Under the pieces are notes generated by a model, which saw only the letters and a program-made list of their open reading frames with translations, had not been told where the DNA came from and did no database searches. A stretch of DNA of 64,000 nucleotides from a virus. Below are positions 56,201 through 64,000 of the stretch, piece by piece. The translations under genes were made by a program, and so were the position numbers. The stretch is from the IMG/VR virus record IMGVR_UViG_3300020472_001862, positions 1 through 64,000 of that record; one strand, written 5' to 3'. Within the stretch, counting starts at the first letter, position 1; every line of letters begins with the position of its first letter.

Positions 56201-59200
56201 TTGAAAATATTAGAACTCAATTGTTCCAAAATATTTCAAATACAGCAACATACTCAGGCACAGCTTTAAGACTAACAGGTAGCACAATAACTGCCCCTTA
56301 CAATACAAGAATTTTAACAGAACAACAACAAGCATCTCAGACTGAGAACTTAGTTAAAGAACTTACATTCCACTGGAGTGGAGACATGGTCCTTACACCA
56401 GATGTAGACAACTTTGTAGACACATCAGTACAACCAGCAGTTAATAGAAACTTTGACGGTAACTATGACGCTTGGGAAAACATGGCAAATGCTTGGGGAA
56501 CACAATGGGGCTCTTGGGAAGACTCAGGTGCAGCAAATGTAACTAGTTCTACAGAATCTATAAATGGTTTTGGAACAAATGGAACAGGAGGCGCACTTGC
56601 TACATTTACAACAACCACAACAGAACAAACACAAGTAAGACAAGGCATCGGCTTAGATGTTTCAGCAGGAACAGAAACACAATCATTAGGAAACAAAATC
56701 GTTGATGTGGCATTCGCTCCATTTATGAAAAGCCAATTAATTATTGCAGAAGCTAGCAGACTGAAACCTAATACAAGAGTTTATCCATTCTTTGATGGAG
56801 AAGATGTATCAACAAATTGTACATTGCAAGATGGCTCAACTACAAATTTAACAACAGACAATAATGGTGGTATTGTAGTTAGATTTACATTGCCTACAGA
56901 AAGATTTAAAACAGGACAAAGAGTATTTAAACTTATAGACGATGTAAATAACCAAGATAAAACAGCTAAAACTTCTGCTAATGCTATATTTGAATCCTCA
57001 GGTTTCATACAACAGAAACAAGACACTATATTAGGATTTAAAACAGCTAACATATCATCTACAGCATTTTCAGATAGTCGGGTAGTAACAGATACTAGTT
57101 TGGAATATACTATAGGAACAGGAGCACCTTTACCACCTCCACCGGCACCAGTTATTATTAACAATCCTCCGGTAGAGATTATAACAATACAACCTGTTCC
57201 AGTACCCGTACCACAGGTTGTATTAACTAATCCACCTGATCCTAGTTTACCAGCTGGTTGGCCTCCAACTTCGTCTTTAACGACAACAGCGGCGCCAGTA
57301 ACAACAACTGTATCACCACCAGTAACAACAACAGTTAGAGTGACACCGGTGGTAACAGATCCACCTATACCAGACTGGCCACCTTCAACACCACCCCCAT
57401 TTGATCCACCGATATTAACTCCAGTGGTTACACAGGCACCGGCACCGAATACTGTTCCGTGGAATCCTGGTTTCCCTATAAGAGGATTAGGAACAGGAGG
57501 TTGGCCAAGTTTTGTTGTTGATATAGGAGCATCAGTTAACGCTCTTATATTACCAGACATACAAATACCAGCAACTCCACCTCCACCAGAGCCAGAACCA
57601 ATAGTAATGGATTTTGAAACACCTGAATTAGACTTTGGTGAGAACTTTGGATGGCGAGGACGAGGAAGAGGTTTCATGAACTTTGGCCGTGATCCTTTAG
57701 CACAAACATTTACAGTTACCGGTATGCCTGGAGGCGTCTTTGTTACAGATATAGATCTTTATTTTAAAACCAAACCAGCATCAGGAGCTAATGGTGTGGT
57801 AATGGAAGTTAGAGAAGTTATTAACGGCGTACCAGGACCTCGTATTGTACCTAATGGACAGAAAAAAGTTTTAAGAACTCGTATTAATACTTCAACAGAA
57901 TCTGGTGGAGTGACATCATTTGTTCCTACTAAATTCTTATTCGATAATCCAGTATATTTACAAAATGACACAGAGTATTGTTTTGTTCCTAAACCAGAAA
58001 ATGACGAAGAAGGTTATGATTTATTTATTTCTCAACTCGGAGAGAACCAAATTGGAACAACAGAAAGAATTACTAAACAACCACACGGTGGTATGATGTT
58101 TAGTTCTGCTAATGACAGAACATGGTCGCCTAATCAGTCACAGGATTTAATGTTTAGAATTAATAGAGCAAACTTTAAGTTAGGAACAACAACAGGAAAA
58201 CTGGCAAACGAAAACTTAGATTGGATTAAATTTAGTTCTACAAGCACAGGCGAAGATATTACATGGGCACCAGGTAACTTTATACACGGATTCCACACAA
58301 CATCAGTAACAGCAGGAGCAGGATATACAAGTGCACCAACAGTAAGTGTAAGCAACACAGGTACAAATGGAACAGGTTTTGCTGCTACAGCTACAATTAG
58401 TGGTGGAGCAGTAACAGGTATTACAGTTACAAATCCTGGAACAGGATATACAACTGCACCAACTCTTACATTAACAGGCGGAGGGTTTAGTACACAGGGA
58501 GCAGTAACAATACAACTTAAAAAAGGATTAATAGAAAACTATAATGCTTTAGATAAGCAGTTAACAGTAAACAGACAAGGAGACATAGCTCCATTCTTAG
58601 TAGGAGATGTTATAGGTAATGCAGATGGTTATGCAACTATAGGTTCATTTACAGATAAAATAGTTAATGAAGTAGCATTAAACGGAGCCAATATTTTACC
58701 TTCAGTTAACACAACACTATTATCTAGAATAGCAATTAACGAAACAAGTGCAGCCTCAGCAGTAGGTGCAGATGGTGTAGCAGAAGTATATACAGATATA
58801 GATTTTAATGTTACAACAAAATTAGAAAAAGAACATACGCTTTACAGTAGATCAAATGAATTGCAATCAACAGCAGCAGGCGGTTATGCTAATAATAAAA
58901 CAGCATTAGTTGATTTACAATTTACTACACAGCAAGAAAATGTTAGTCCAGTTATAACAATGGAACAAATGGATTTATTGTGTATCGCTAATAGCGTAAA
59001 CAACGATGCTACAAATGAAGATACACGATATAAAGGAAACGCTTCTTCTCGGTATATTACAAGAAGGGTTGTGTTGGAAGACGGCCAGGATGCAGAAGAT
59101 CTAGAAGTATATCTAGATGCCGCTATTCCAACAGAAGGAAGTTTAAAAGTTTACGGTAAAATGATGAATTCCGCAGACGAATCTAACTTCCAAGATGATT

Positions 59201-59679
59201 TAGGTTGGGTAGAGTTATCATCACAAGTTAGCCCATTTGAATCAACAGAAGATTTTGCAGAATATAAATTTAAAATACCAGCTAAAGGTTCTAACGCAGC
59301 AGGACTAAATGGTAGTATATTTGAATATGATGTGAAATCAGTGGCAAGTATTGCTGCTACTGCAGGATCAGGATATACAAGTGTTCCTACAGTTACTATA
59401 ACAGGTGGCGGTGGTTATGGAGCAACAGCAGTTGCATCCATTAACGGAAGTAACCAAATTTCCGCAATAACGGTTACAAATCCTGGAAGAGAATATACTT
59501 CCACACCAACAGTTACTATATCGGGTGGCGGTGGTACAGGTGGCGGTGGTACGCCAACTATAGGTACTGTTACACATTCAGGCTTTAAAACCTTTGCGGT
59601 TAAGGTTGTGCCTTTAAGTACTACAACATCTAAAGTTCCGTTCTTTAAGGACTTAAGAGCAATAGCGTTGCAGGCGTAA
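53236..59679 (+). CDS. large virion structural protein, VrlC/DUF4815-like
   Basis: [72 protein letters not shown]. Confidence 0.88.
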   Translation: MALNLNTSPYYDDFSDDKRFHRVLFKPGVAVQARELTQLQTILQDQLDKGFGFVIQEGAVITGCAESTESVNWIKVNDTDAAAAAIDNTTLVNYVGKEIVGGTSGLQARIIGTETGTVGAAPNLKTLYLKYLNTDSTYSNFTSGETLSVYTANEGPGNSATDLNGFTFVVNNLTGNNFTAKYYGATNKVTLQPGIIYARGSFIKTDKISCLVDKYNELLPKNVGFVVEESVAGAATDSSLLDPAQGSFNYNAPGSDRLKFTVTLKAFGTAETKPENFYTYAHFEEGAIQRISLKDSPLHGVGNILANRTYDESGNYLVKGNTVSLREHLNENNNGGIYTAGNGGSKDALMIQVDPGVSYVGGHKRELLSSKRIPFMKPSLSITKESQPISTSYGNYVLIDNLTGTFDVDGGEKIDLYNNTAGAGGAGSKIGEAKVRQLVYESGTIGATAAQYRLYLYDIQMLSGDFTAIKSVDFNNGETWGGVGNTVLESSVTVLKESKVNKLVYRLPFKNIKTLKAEAGDTYDYTFQYQKEFNVELDASSGAASITLSGNETFPYSGTLTDTQKRDFIAVAKVGFTQNSAAVAAGEYIDLTSANSNATVTVTNSQSIEIDLGGAVTGTGTIRVYAPVQVADANPIAKTLNTSQYVKIDTGTHVAGTTGEYNLGVVDLYKIESITAGTNSDYSTGQVNVTSDFRSITGQEDSYYGQAKIFQKSTSTLNLTTNRYIVVKFSVFSNTVSGPSFACLDSYPVDDTASPASGTIRTENVPLYNSQKYGEFNLRDCVDFRPYVTNTATLTGTLGSATVNPTNDKLINKPGQGLSNPLPTKTFSTDLKYYQGKKLRLVLDFDGEYRIVEGTYSDNPTMPAEPSKAMTMALIDLPPYPSLSPQSGKLAGRLDYTASIKNVSQKRFTMKEIGGLEQRIKNLEYYASLNLLETFAKDQTIVNSSGVDRFKNGILVDPFTGHNVGSVLDPNYRISIDPKLKHARPFFVLENIRTQLFQNISNTATYSGTALRLTGSTITAPYNTRILTEQQQASQTENLVKELTFHWSGDMVLTPDVDNFVDTSVQPAVNRNFDGNYDAWENMANAWGTQWGSWEDSGAANVTSSTESINGFGTNGTGGALATFTTTTTEQTQVRQGIGLDVSAGTETQSLGNKIVDVAFAPFMKSQLIIAEASRLKPNTRVYPFFDGEDVSTNCTLQDGSTTNLTTDNNGGIVVRFTLPTERFKTGQRVFKLIDDVNNQDKTAKTSANAIFESSGFIQQKQDTILGFKTANISSTAFSDSRVVTDTSLEYTIGTGAPLPPPPAPVIINNPPVEIITIQPVPVPVPQVVLTNPPDPSLPAGWPPTSSLTTTAAPVTTTVSPPVTTTVRVTPVVTDPPIPDWPPSTPPPFDPPILTPVVTQAPAPNTVPWNPGFPIRGLGTGGWPSFVVDIGASVNALILPDIQIPATPPPPEPEPIVMDFETPELDFGENFGWRGRGRGFMNFGRDPLAQTFTVTGMPGGVFVTDIDLYFKTKPASGANGVVMEVREVINGVPGPRIVPNGQKKVLRTRINTSTESGGVTSFVPTKFLFDNPVYLQNDTEYCFVPKPENDEEGYDLFISQLGENQIGTTERITKQPHGGMMFSSANDRTWSPNQSQDLMFRINRANFKLGTTTGKLANENLDWIKFSSTSTGEDITWAPGNFIHGFHTTSVTAGAGYTSAPTVSVSNTGTNGTGFAATATISGGAVTGITVTNPGTGYTTAPTLTLTGGGFSTQGAVTIQLKKGLIENYNALDKQLTVNRQGDIAPFLVGDVIGNADGYATIGSFTDKIVNEVALNGANILPSVNTTLLSRIAINETSAASAVGADGVAEVYTDIDFNVTTKLEKEHTLYSRSNELQSTAAGGYANNKTALVDLQFTTQQENVSPVITMEQMDLLCIANSVNNDATNEDTRYKGNASSRYITRRVVLEDGQDAEDLEVYLDAAIPTEGSLKVYGKMMNSADESNFQDDLGWVELSSQVSPFESTEDFAEYKFKIPAKGSNAAGLNGSIFEYDVKSVASIAATAGSGYTSVPTVTITGGGGYGATAVASINGSNQISAITVTNPGREYTSTPTVTISGGGGTGGGGTPTIGTVTHSGFKTFAVKVVPLSTTTSKVPFFKDLRAIALQA
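57121..57605 (+). repeat. Pro/Thr-rich mucin-like insert in the VrlC-like protein
   Basis: PLPPPPAP...PVPVP...[18 protein letters not shown]...PPPPEPEP just before DPLAQTF. Confidence 0.85.
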
Positions 59680-59691
59680 GGAGTTAGAACG

Positions 59692-59922
59692 ATGACAAAC
59701 TTACCCAACGGACTTATAAATATAGAGGGAGAACGAGATTTAGTTAGAGATCGTAATTCCAAAGCCTTACTCAATACAAACAATGAAAGTCTTAAAGCAT
59801 ATAAAATCAAAAGAAATGCAAATCTTAAGATCCTAGAGTATGAAAATGATATAAATACTTTAAAGACAGAAATTGTTGAGATAAGAAAAACATTAGAAAT
59901 TTTAGTCAACAAAATTACATAG
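59692..59922 (+). CDS. small coiled-coil virion-associated protein
   Basis: LVRD..SKALLN.N...Y, C-terminal heptads; typically follows VrlC-like genes. Confidence 0.7.
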   Translation: MTNLPNGLINIEGERDLVRDRNSKALLNTNNESLKAYKIKRNANLKILEYENDINTLKTEIVEIRKTLEILVNKIT

Positions 59923-59930
59923 GAAGATAA

Positions 59931-60461
59931 ATGGCAACTTTAACATTAAGATCAGCAAAAGGTAGTCCTCTTACGAATAATGAGGTTGACGCTAACTTTA
60001 CCAATCTTAATACTGACAAATACGAATCAGGAAACAATGCCGTATTCGGTACAGTTTCAGGTACGACGATTAGTGCTACAAGTGTTGCAACAACTGGCGC
60101 ATTAAGTGTAGGAGGTTCTTCTACATTAAGTGCAACAACAGCAGTCTCAGCAGCAGGTAGTGATTTGGCAGGAGCTACAGCCTTAACGAAATCATATAAT
60201 ATAGTTACAACAGCTACAGCTAACCAAGGAGTTTCACTTCCTGATTGTGCAGCTGGTTTAGAAACATTTATATTAAATGATACCGCAGTAAATTTAAAAG
60301 TATACCCTATATCAGGAGAAACTATTGATGGTGGTGGCAGTGGCGTAGCAGTAGATTTGGCACCAGGGCATTCATTGAAACTGGTGGGAGTAAGCGCAAC
60401 AAAATGGAACAGGTTAAGCCCTGTTATCATTTACAATTCATCAGGAACAAGAGTAAACTAA
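59931..60461 (+). CDS. putative fibre/structural protein
   Basis: LR..KGSPLT..EVDANF..LN N-terminal attachment motif; KVYP..GETIDG. Confidence 0.65.
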   Translation: MATLTLRSAKGSPLTNNEVDANFTNLNTDKYESGNNAVFGTVSGTTISATSVATTGALSVGGSSTLSATTAVSAAGSDLAGATALTKSYNIVTTATANQGVSLPDCAAGLETFILNDTAVNLKVYPISGETIDGGGSGVAVDLAPGHSLKLVGVSATKWNRLSPVIIYNSSGTRVN

Positions 60462-60473
60462 GGAAACGGGATA

Positions 60474-61760
60474 ATGAGACCACTAAGAATTAAAGCATCA
60501 GGTAGTCCTGTTAGTTCCAGTAACATTCAAGGGTTACAGGAAATGACAGATACTGAGATAGAGCAGTATTATAGTGCAATACTTACAAAAGATTTCGCAG
60601 ATAATCATGACGGCACAAATACTGGGGAAATTAATATTGGTGGCTCAGGAACAACTATTGGCACAGCAACAGATACAAAAAGAGATGACGCAGTAGGAAC
60701 ACACCCTACAGACGGAGCATCTTCTACAGTTACTACTTACACAGCTAAACAAGTAGAAACAACAGTATCTGAAAGTATTACTAACAGACCTATAGGTTAT
60801 GTATCATCTGGTACAGTAGGTGTACACGAGTTCGATGATACAGAATTAGACTCAGATATTCTAGATAAAGTAGCTGATGATTTTGTTGCACAAGGAAACT
60901 ATACAATAGGACAGTATTCATTAAACGCATCTACACCTGCAGGTGGTACATGGACATCTAGATATACATTAACAGATACACAGGTAGATGGCACAACTGC
61001 TAACATGTACATTTGGCAAAAAACAACTGCTACAACAGCAGCTGCAACAGATTACAAACCTCTTAAAGTTAAAGATAGTGGCGCAGGTATACAGGAAATG
61101 ACTGTTGCAGAGATTGAACAACAAATGCCTAACTTTAGAAACTATATTATTTCTAGTGGTAAAGGTAAATATGTTTTACAGGCATCAGCACCTGGTTCAG
61201 GTACTTGGGTTCAACAAGGAGACACAGGCGGGTTTACAGACACTAAGAAAGATGTAGCATCACAAAACTACACAGGCGCTTATTCAGGAAGTTATACAGG
61301 TGGCTATACTGGTGGTTATACTGGAGCTAAAAATTACGCAGGAAACTACACAGGCGCTAAAAATTACGCAGGAAGTTATGTAGGAACCTCAGGTTATTCA
61401 GGTACATACACAGGAACATCTGGATATTCAGGCACTTACTCGGGCGCTTATACAGGTACTTACGCAGCAGATTACTCAGGTTACGCAGGAACATCTTACT
61501 CAGGAGATTACACAGGTTCATATACAGGATCATATACAGGCGCTAAAAACTACACAGGATATTATACAGGCGCTAAAACATATGGTGGAACCTATACAGG
61601 TACATCTGCTTACGCAGGTACATACACAGGAACATCTGCTTACTCAGGTACATATTCAGGTACATACACAGGTTATTATTCCGGTACATACGCAGGTGAT
61701 ACAATACAAAGTTCAAGCTCAACGGCCAGTACGGTAAAATTGTGGTTAAGAACTGCTTAA
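60474..61760 (+). CDS. putative fibre/needle protein with YxG repeat domain
   Basis: internal duplication (PL.IK...QEMT..EIEQ) and 32 Tyr-x-Gly-type units near the C-terminus. Confidence 0.7.
   Translation: MRPLRIKASGSPVSSSNIQGLQEMTDTEIEQYYSAILTKDFADNHDGTNTGEINIGGSGTTIGTATDTKRDDAVGTHPTDGASSTVTTYTAKQVETTVSESITNRPIGYVSSGTVGVHEFDDTELDSDILDKVADDFVAQGNYTIGQYSLNASTPAGGTWTSRYTLTDTQVDGTTANMYIWQKTTATTAAATDYKPLKVKDSGAGIQEMTVAEIEQQMPNFRNYIISSGKGKYVLQASAPGSGTWVQQGDTGGFTDTKKDVASQNYTGAYSGSYTGGYTGGYTGAKNYAGNYTGAKNYAGSYVGTSGYSGTYTGTSGYSGTYSGAYTGTYAADYSGYAGTSYSGDYTGSYTGSYTGAKNYTGYYTGAKTYGGTYTGTSAYAGTYTGTSAYSGTYSGTYTGYYSGTYAGDTIQSSSSTASTVKLWLRTA
61269..61700 (+). repeat. YxGx / YxGxxx repeat array with palindromic spacing
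   Basis: unit lengths 4,4,4,4,6,4,6,4,6,4,6,4,4,4,[4,3,5],4,4,4,6,4,6,4,6,4,6,4,4,4,4. Confidence 0.9.
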
Positions 61761-61767
61761 TTAGCAG

Positions 61768-61775
61768 TATAAATA
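61768..61775 (+). promoter_or_regulatory. T4-type late promoter
   Basis: TATAAATA upstream of 61797. Confidence 0.75.
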
Positions 61776-61796
61776 AACTTACATTATGGAGATATT

Positions 61797-62306
61797 ATGG
61801 CAAAGAAGAAGGCTACACCTTTAAAACTTGAAATTGATCCTACAGAAGTTACAACTGTAGAAGAAACCCCCAAAGAAAAGAAATTTAAATATGTTGCTCC
61901 TTATTGGTCTAATAAAGAGCGTAAGCATATCGTTGTTACTTTAGAATATACTGACGGTAGAAGAGCAACAGCATCTGTCCAAGACATGGACGGAACAAAT
62001 CCAGACTACAAAGCAATATTAGAAGAATTTGGTGAAGAGCAACTCGATAAAAATACAGAAGAAGGTGTTAGACGAAGAGACGAAAATATTAAAAAGAGAC
62101 TTCAAAGAAAAGAAACAGAGGCAGTTCGTGCCAAACAAGAACAATTATTCGGTGCTAAGCTACAAGCATTTGAAATAGAGGCAGTTAAAGACTCTTCTAA
62201 TATAGAATTAAAAAGACTAATTCGTAAAGCTAAATCTCCAATGGAAGTTACAGCCTATACAACTATATTATTAATGGAGTCATTGGATGAACAAAATAAA
62301 TCCTGA
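61797..62306 (+). CDS. hypothetical protein (possible fibre chaperone)
   Basis: 169 aa with GGAG SD, PYWSN motif and helical C-terminus; follows the fibre-like gene. Confidence 0.6.
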   Translation: MAKKKATPLKLEIDPTEVTTVEETPKEKKFKYVAPYWSNKERKHIVVTLEYTDGRRATASVQDMDGTNPDYKAILEEFGEEQLDKNTEEGVRRRDENIKKRLQRKETEAVRAKQEQLFGAKLQAFEIEAVKDSSNIELKRLIRKAKSPMEVTAYTTILLMESLDEQNKS

Positions 62307-63036
62307 AGAATTTCCTGAGAACGGTTTTGTAATTGTAGCATCCAAACATGAAAGGTTCTATAAAGCAGCTTTAGAGTGTGCAGAGTCAGTAAAATTATTT
62401 TATCCTGAAGCACACATTACACTATTTACAGATCATGAAGAATGGGTTAAACCCACTGATTGGAATATAGCAGACTATATTATAACATGGGAAGTGCCTA
62501 AACATATAAGAGCTAAACTATGGGCTCTGTCGCAAACACCATACAAAGGCAAAACATGTTATTTAGATGCCGATATGTTATGTCAACATGAAGATATAGA
62601 ATTTGTATTTGATCAACTAACAGATGATTTAGATTTAATTTTTACAAAAATTAGGCCATACAATGCTAAAGTAACAAAGTTATCTAACACAGAAGAAATG
62701 ACAATGCACTGTGGAATGTTTGTCTATAGAAATAATCCTCAGACTATTAAGTTAATGGAATCTTGGTATGGAGAATATTTAAAACAAACAGAGCAAACAG
62801 TAGATGCAAAATATGTACATGACATAGGTGGTTATCCTGATGATGTTAGACAATGGGACACTTTTACAATGTGGAAACTTTTAACATATTCAGATCACGG
62901 TGTTAAGTGGGGAGAAGATATGCCTGTTCGTTGGAACTTTATTAATGGCCACATGTATGAAGAACTAGAAGGAGATGAGATTGTTATGTGGCATTACTCT
63001 ATCCCATCTCACGAAATATATTTAAAGAAAAAATGA
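62287..63036 (+). CDS. GT-A glycosyltransferase (GT8/nucleotide-diphospho-sugar transferase-like)
   Basis: ITLFTD, RAKL.AL..TPY...YLDAD, HCGMFVY, WDT, RWN, WHY. Confidence 0.75.
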   Translation: MNKINPEEFPENGFVIVASKHERFYKAALECAESVKLFYPEAHITLFTDHEEWVKPTDWNIADYIITWEVPKHIRAKLWALSQTPYKGKTCYLDADMLCQHEDIEFVFDQLTDDLDLIFTKIRPYNAKVTKLSNTEEMTMHCGMFVYRNNPQTIKLMESWYGEYLKQTEQTVDAKYVHDIGGYPDDVRQWDTFTMWKLLTYSDHGVKWGEDMPVRWNFINGHMYEELEGDEIVMWHYSIPSHEIYLKKK

Positions 63037-63680
63037 TTTGGACTGAAATATCAGATGAAGTAAAAGAAATGTTGGAGCCGTATTCAGAGTGGTTCTTTAG
63101 ACAAGATTTGGCTCCATTAAATAAATTAGCAGAAGACAATCCTAAAAATACAGATACAATGGAAAACGCTTGTTCCAGAGCGTACCTAGATGAAATAGTT
63201 TTAGCAGACGGGCGACATGAAGGCTACCCAGAAATTTCATATAGTTATGATTTAAAAGCAGGCAATATACCTGGTGAGTTTCAAGAAAAATATCAGACAC
63301 TATCTACAGAACTATGTACATGGTTGGGAGCTCGCAACGAGGCTGTCCATGTATACTATCCTAAGAATGGATTCATGAGTTGGCATAATAATTGGAATGC
63401 ACATGGATACAACATACTATTATCCTATACAGAAAACGGCGGTGGGTTCTTTAAATATAGAGATCCATTAACACATGAAGTCGTTGAAATGCTAGATCCA
63501 GGTGGCTGGTCTTGTAAGGTAGGATACTATGGCAGGGGTAGAGAACCAGATAAAGTATACTATCATTGTGCTGGAACACACGAACCTCGCCTCACATTAG
63601 GGTTCGTTATCCCTAATATTGACCTGTGGAGATGTATGATTGAAGATATCTCAGGAAAAGATGCTTCACATCTTTCCTAA
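63033..63680 (+). CDS. double-stranded beta-helix protein, probable 2OG-Fe(II) oxygenase
   Basis: YYP.NGFMSWHNN...G.F...YYHCA...R.TLGF; ATGA overlap at 63033. Confidence 0.6.
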   Translation: MIWTEISDEVKEMLEPYSEWFFRQDLAPLNKLAEDNPKNTDTMENACSRAYLDEIVLADGRHEGYPEISYSYDLKAGNIPGEFQEKYQTLSTELCTWLGARNEAVHVYYPKNGFMSWHNNWNAHGYNILLSYTENGGGFFKYRDPLTHEVVEMLDPGGWSCKVGYYGRGREPDKVYYHCAGTHEPRLTLGFVIPNIDLWRCMIEDISGKDASHLS

Positions 63681-63728
63681 ACCCTTGTTCTTACAGTAAA
63701 AAAGATTTCAAAAAACCCTAAAAAATGC

Positions 63729-63786
63729 TTGATTTATGGTTCGTAAGAGTGCATAATGTATGTATATTAAATAAAAAGTGAGGACT
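63729..63786 (+). promoter_or_regulatory. early promoter TTGATT-17-CATAAT plus leader and RBS
   Basis: 40 bp identical to 25973-26012. Confidence 0.9.
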
Positions 63787-63788
63787 TT

Positions 63789-64000
63789 ATGATACTAGAT
63801 AACACAGTAATAATAGCAGGCGAGACGGTTAACAAAGAAAGATGGGGCATGGCAGCACATCACGATGAGAACAAAACTTTTACAGGTGATGTTTTATACA
63901 AAAACCAAATAAGAACAGCACCAAGTGGTTATTCTTATGATAATTCCATTGAAACAAAATTCCAAGATACAGCTCAAGTAGATGGGCTTACAGTTTGGAA
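63789..64000 (+). CDS. 5' part of an early hypothetical gene (MILDNTVIIAGETVNKERWG...)
   Basis: GAGGA SD, open frame to the window end. Confidence 0.7.
   Translation, partial: MILDNTVIIAGETVNKERWGMAAHHDENKTFTGDVLYKNQIRTAPSGYSYDNSIETKFQDTAQVDGLTVW

Noticed and set aside
56781-57677. 298-aa Gly-rich ORF on the - strand
   Set aside because: Antisense shadow of the Pro/Thr insert in the VrlC-like gene.
1-64000. Alternative genetic code, tRNAs, introns or inteins
   Set aside because: Standard-code ORFs tile the window densely and all three stop codons are used. No cloverleaf, splice or intein motif was recognised by eye.

Overview
The window is 64 kb of a large, AT-rich T4-like myovirus genome. 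It is probably from an aquatic or marine phage; the host cannot be determined from the sequence. Recognisable core modules are PhoH, a PD-(D/E)XK exonuclease, gp33-gp59-gp32, a lysozyme and a long tail/baseplate block (tape-measure-like, gp51/gp26, gp54-like, gp2, gp4, gp48, gp53, gp27-like, gp5, gp25, gp6, gp7, gp8, VrlC-like, fibre-like genes). T4 late promoters (TATAAATA) and a repeated sigma70-type early promoter element are scattered through it. The accessory part holds a ~15 kb operon of five radical SAM enzymes, a ferredoxin, a desaturase, 2OG-Fe(II) oxygenases, a GNAT, a methyltransferase, an SDR, a carbamoyltransferase and an SGNH-like protein. This operon is transcribed divergently from a three-gene envelope module (Asn/Thr-repeat protein, acidic Cys-repeat protein, membrane coiled coil). 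Four signals stand out. (1) A 1.37 kb tract (170-1538) has no TC or CC dinucleotide on the + strand and is bracketed by a 14-bp direct repeat plus hairpins exactly 1400 bp apart. (2) A probable -1 ribosomal frameshift joins gp26 to gp51 just upstream of the tape-measure-like gene. (3) A fibre-region protein has Tyr-x-Gly repeats whose spacing is palindromic. (4) There is a possible virion O-glycosylation system (GT60-like transferase plus a mucin-like Pro/Thr insert). No tRNA, rRNA, CRISPR array, intron or intein was recognised. All calls are by eye, without database searches.
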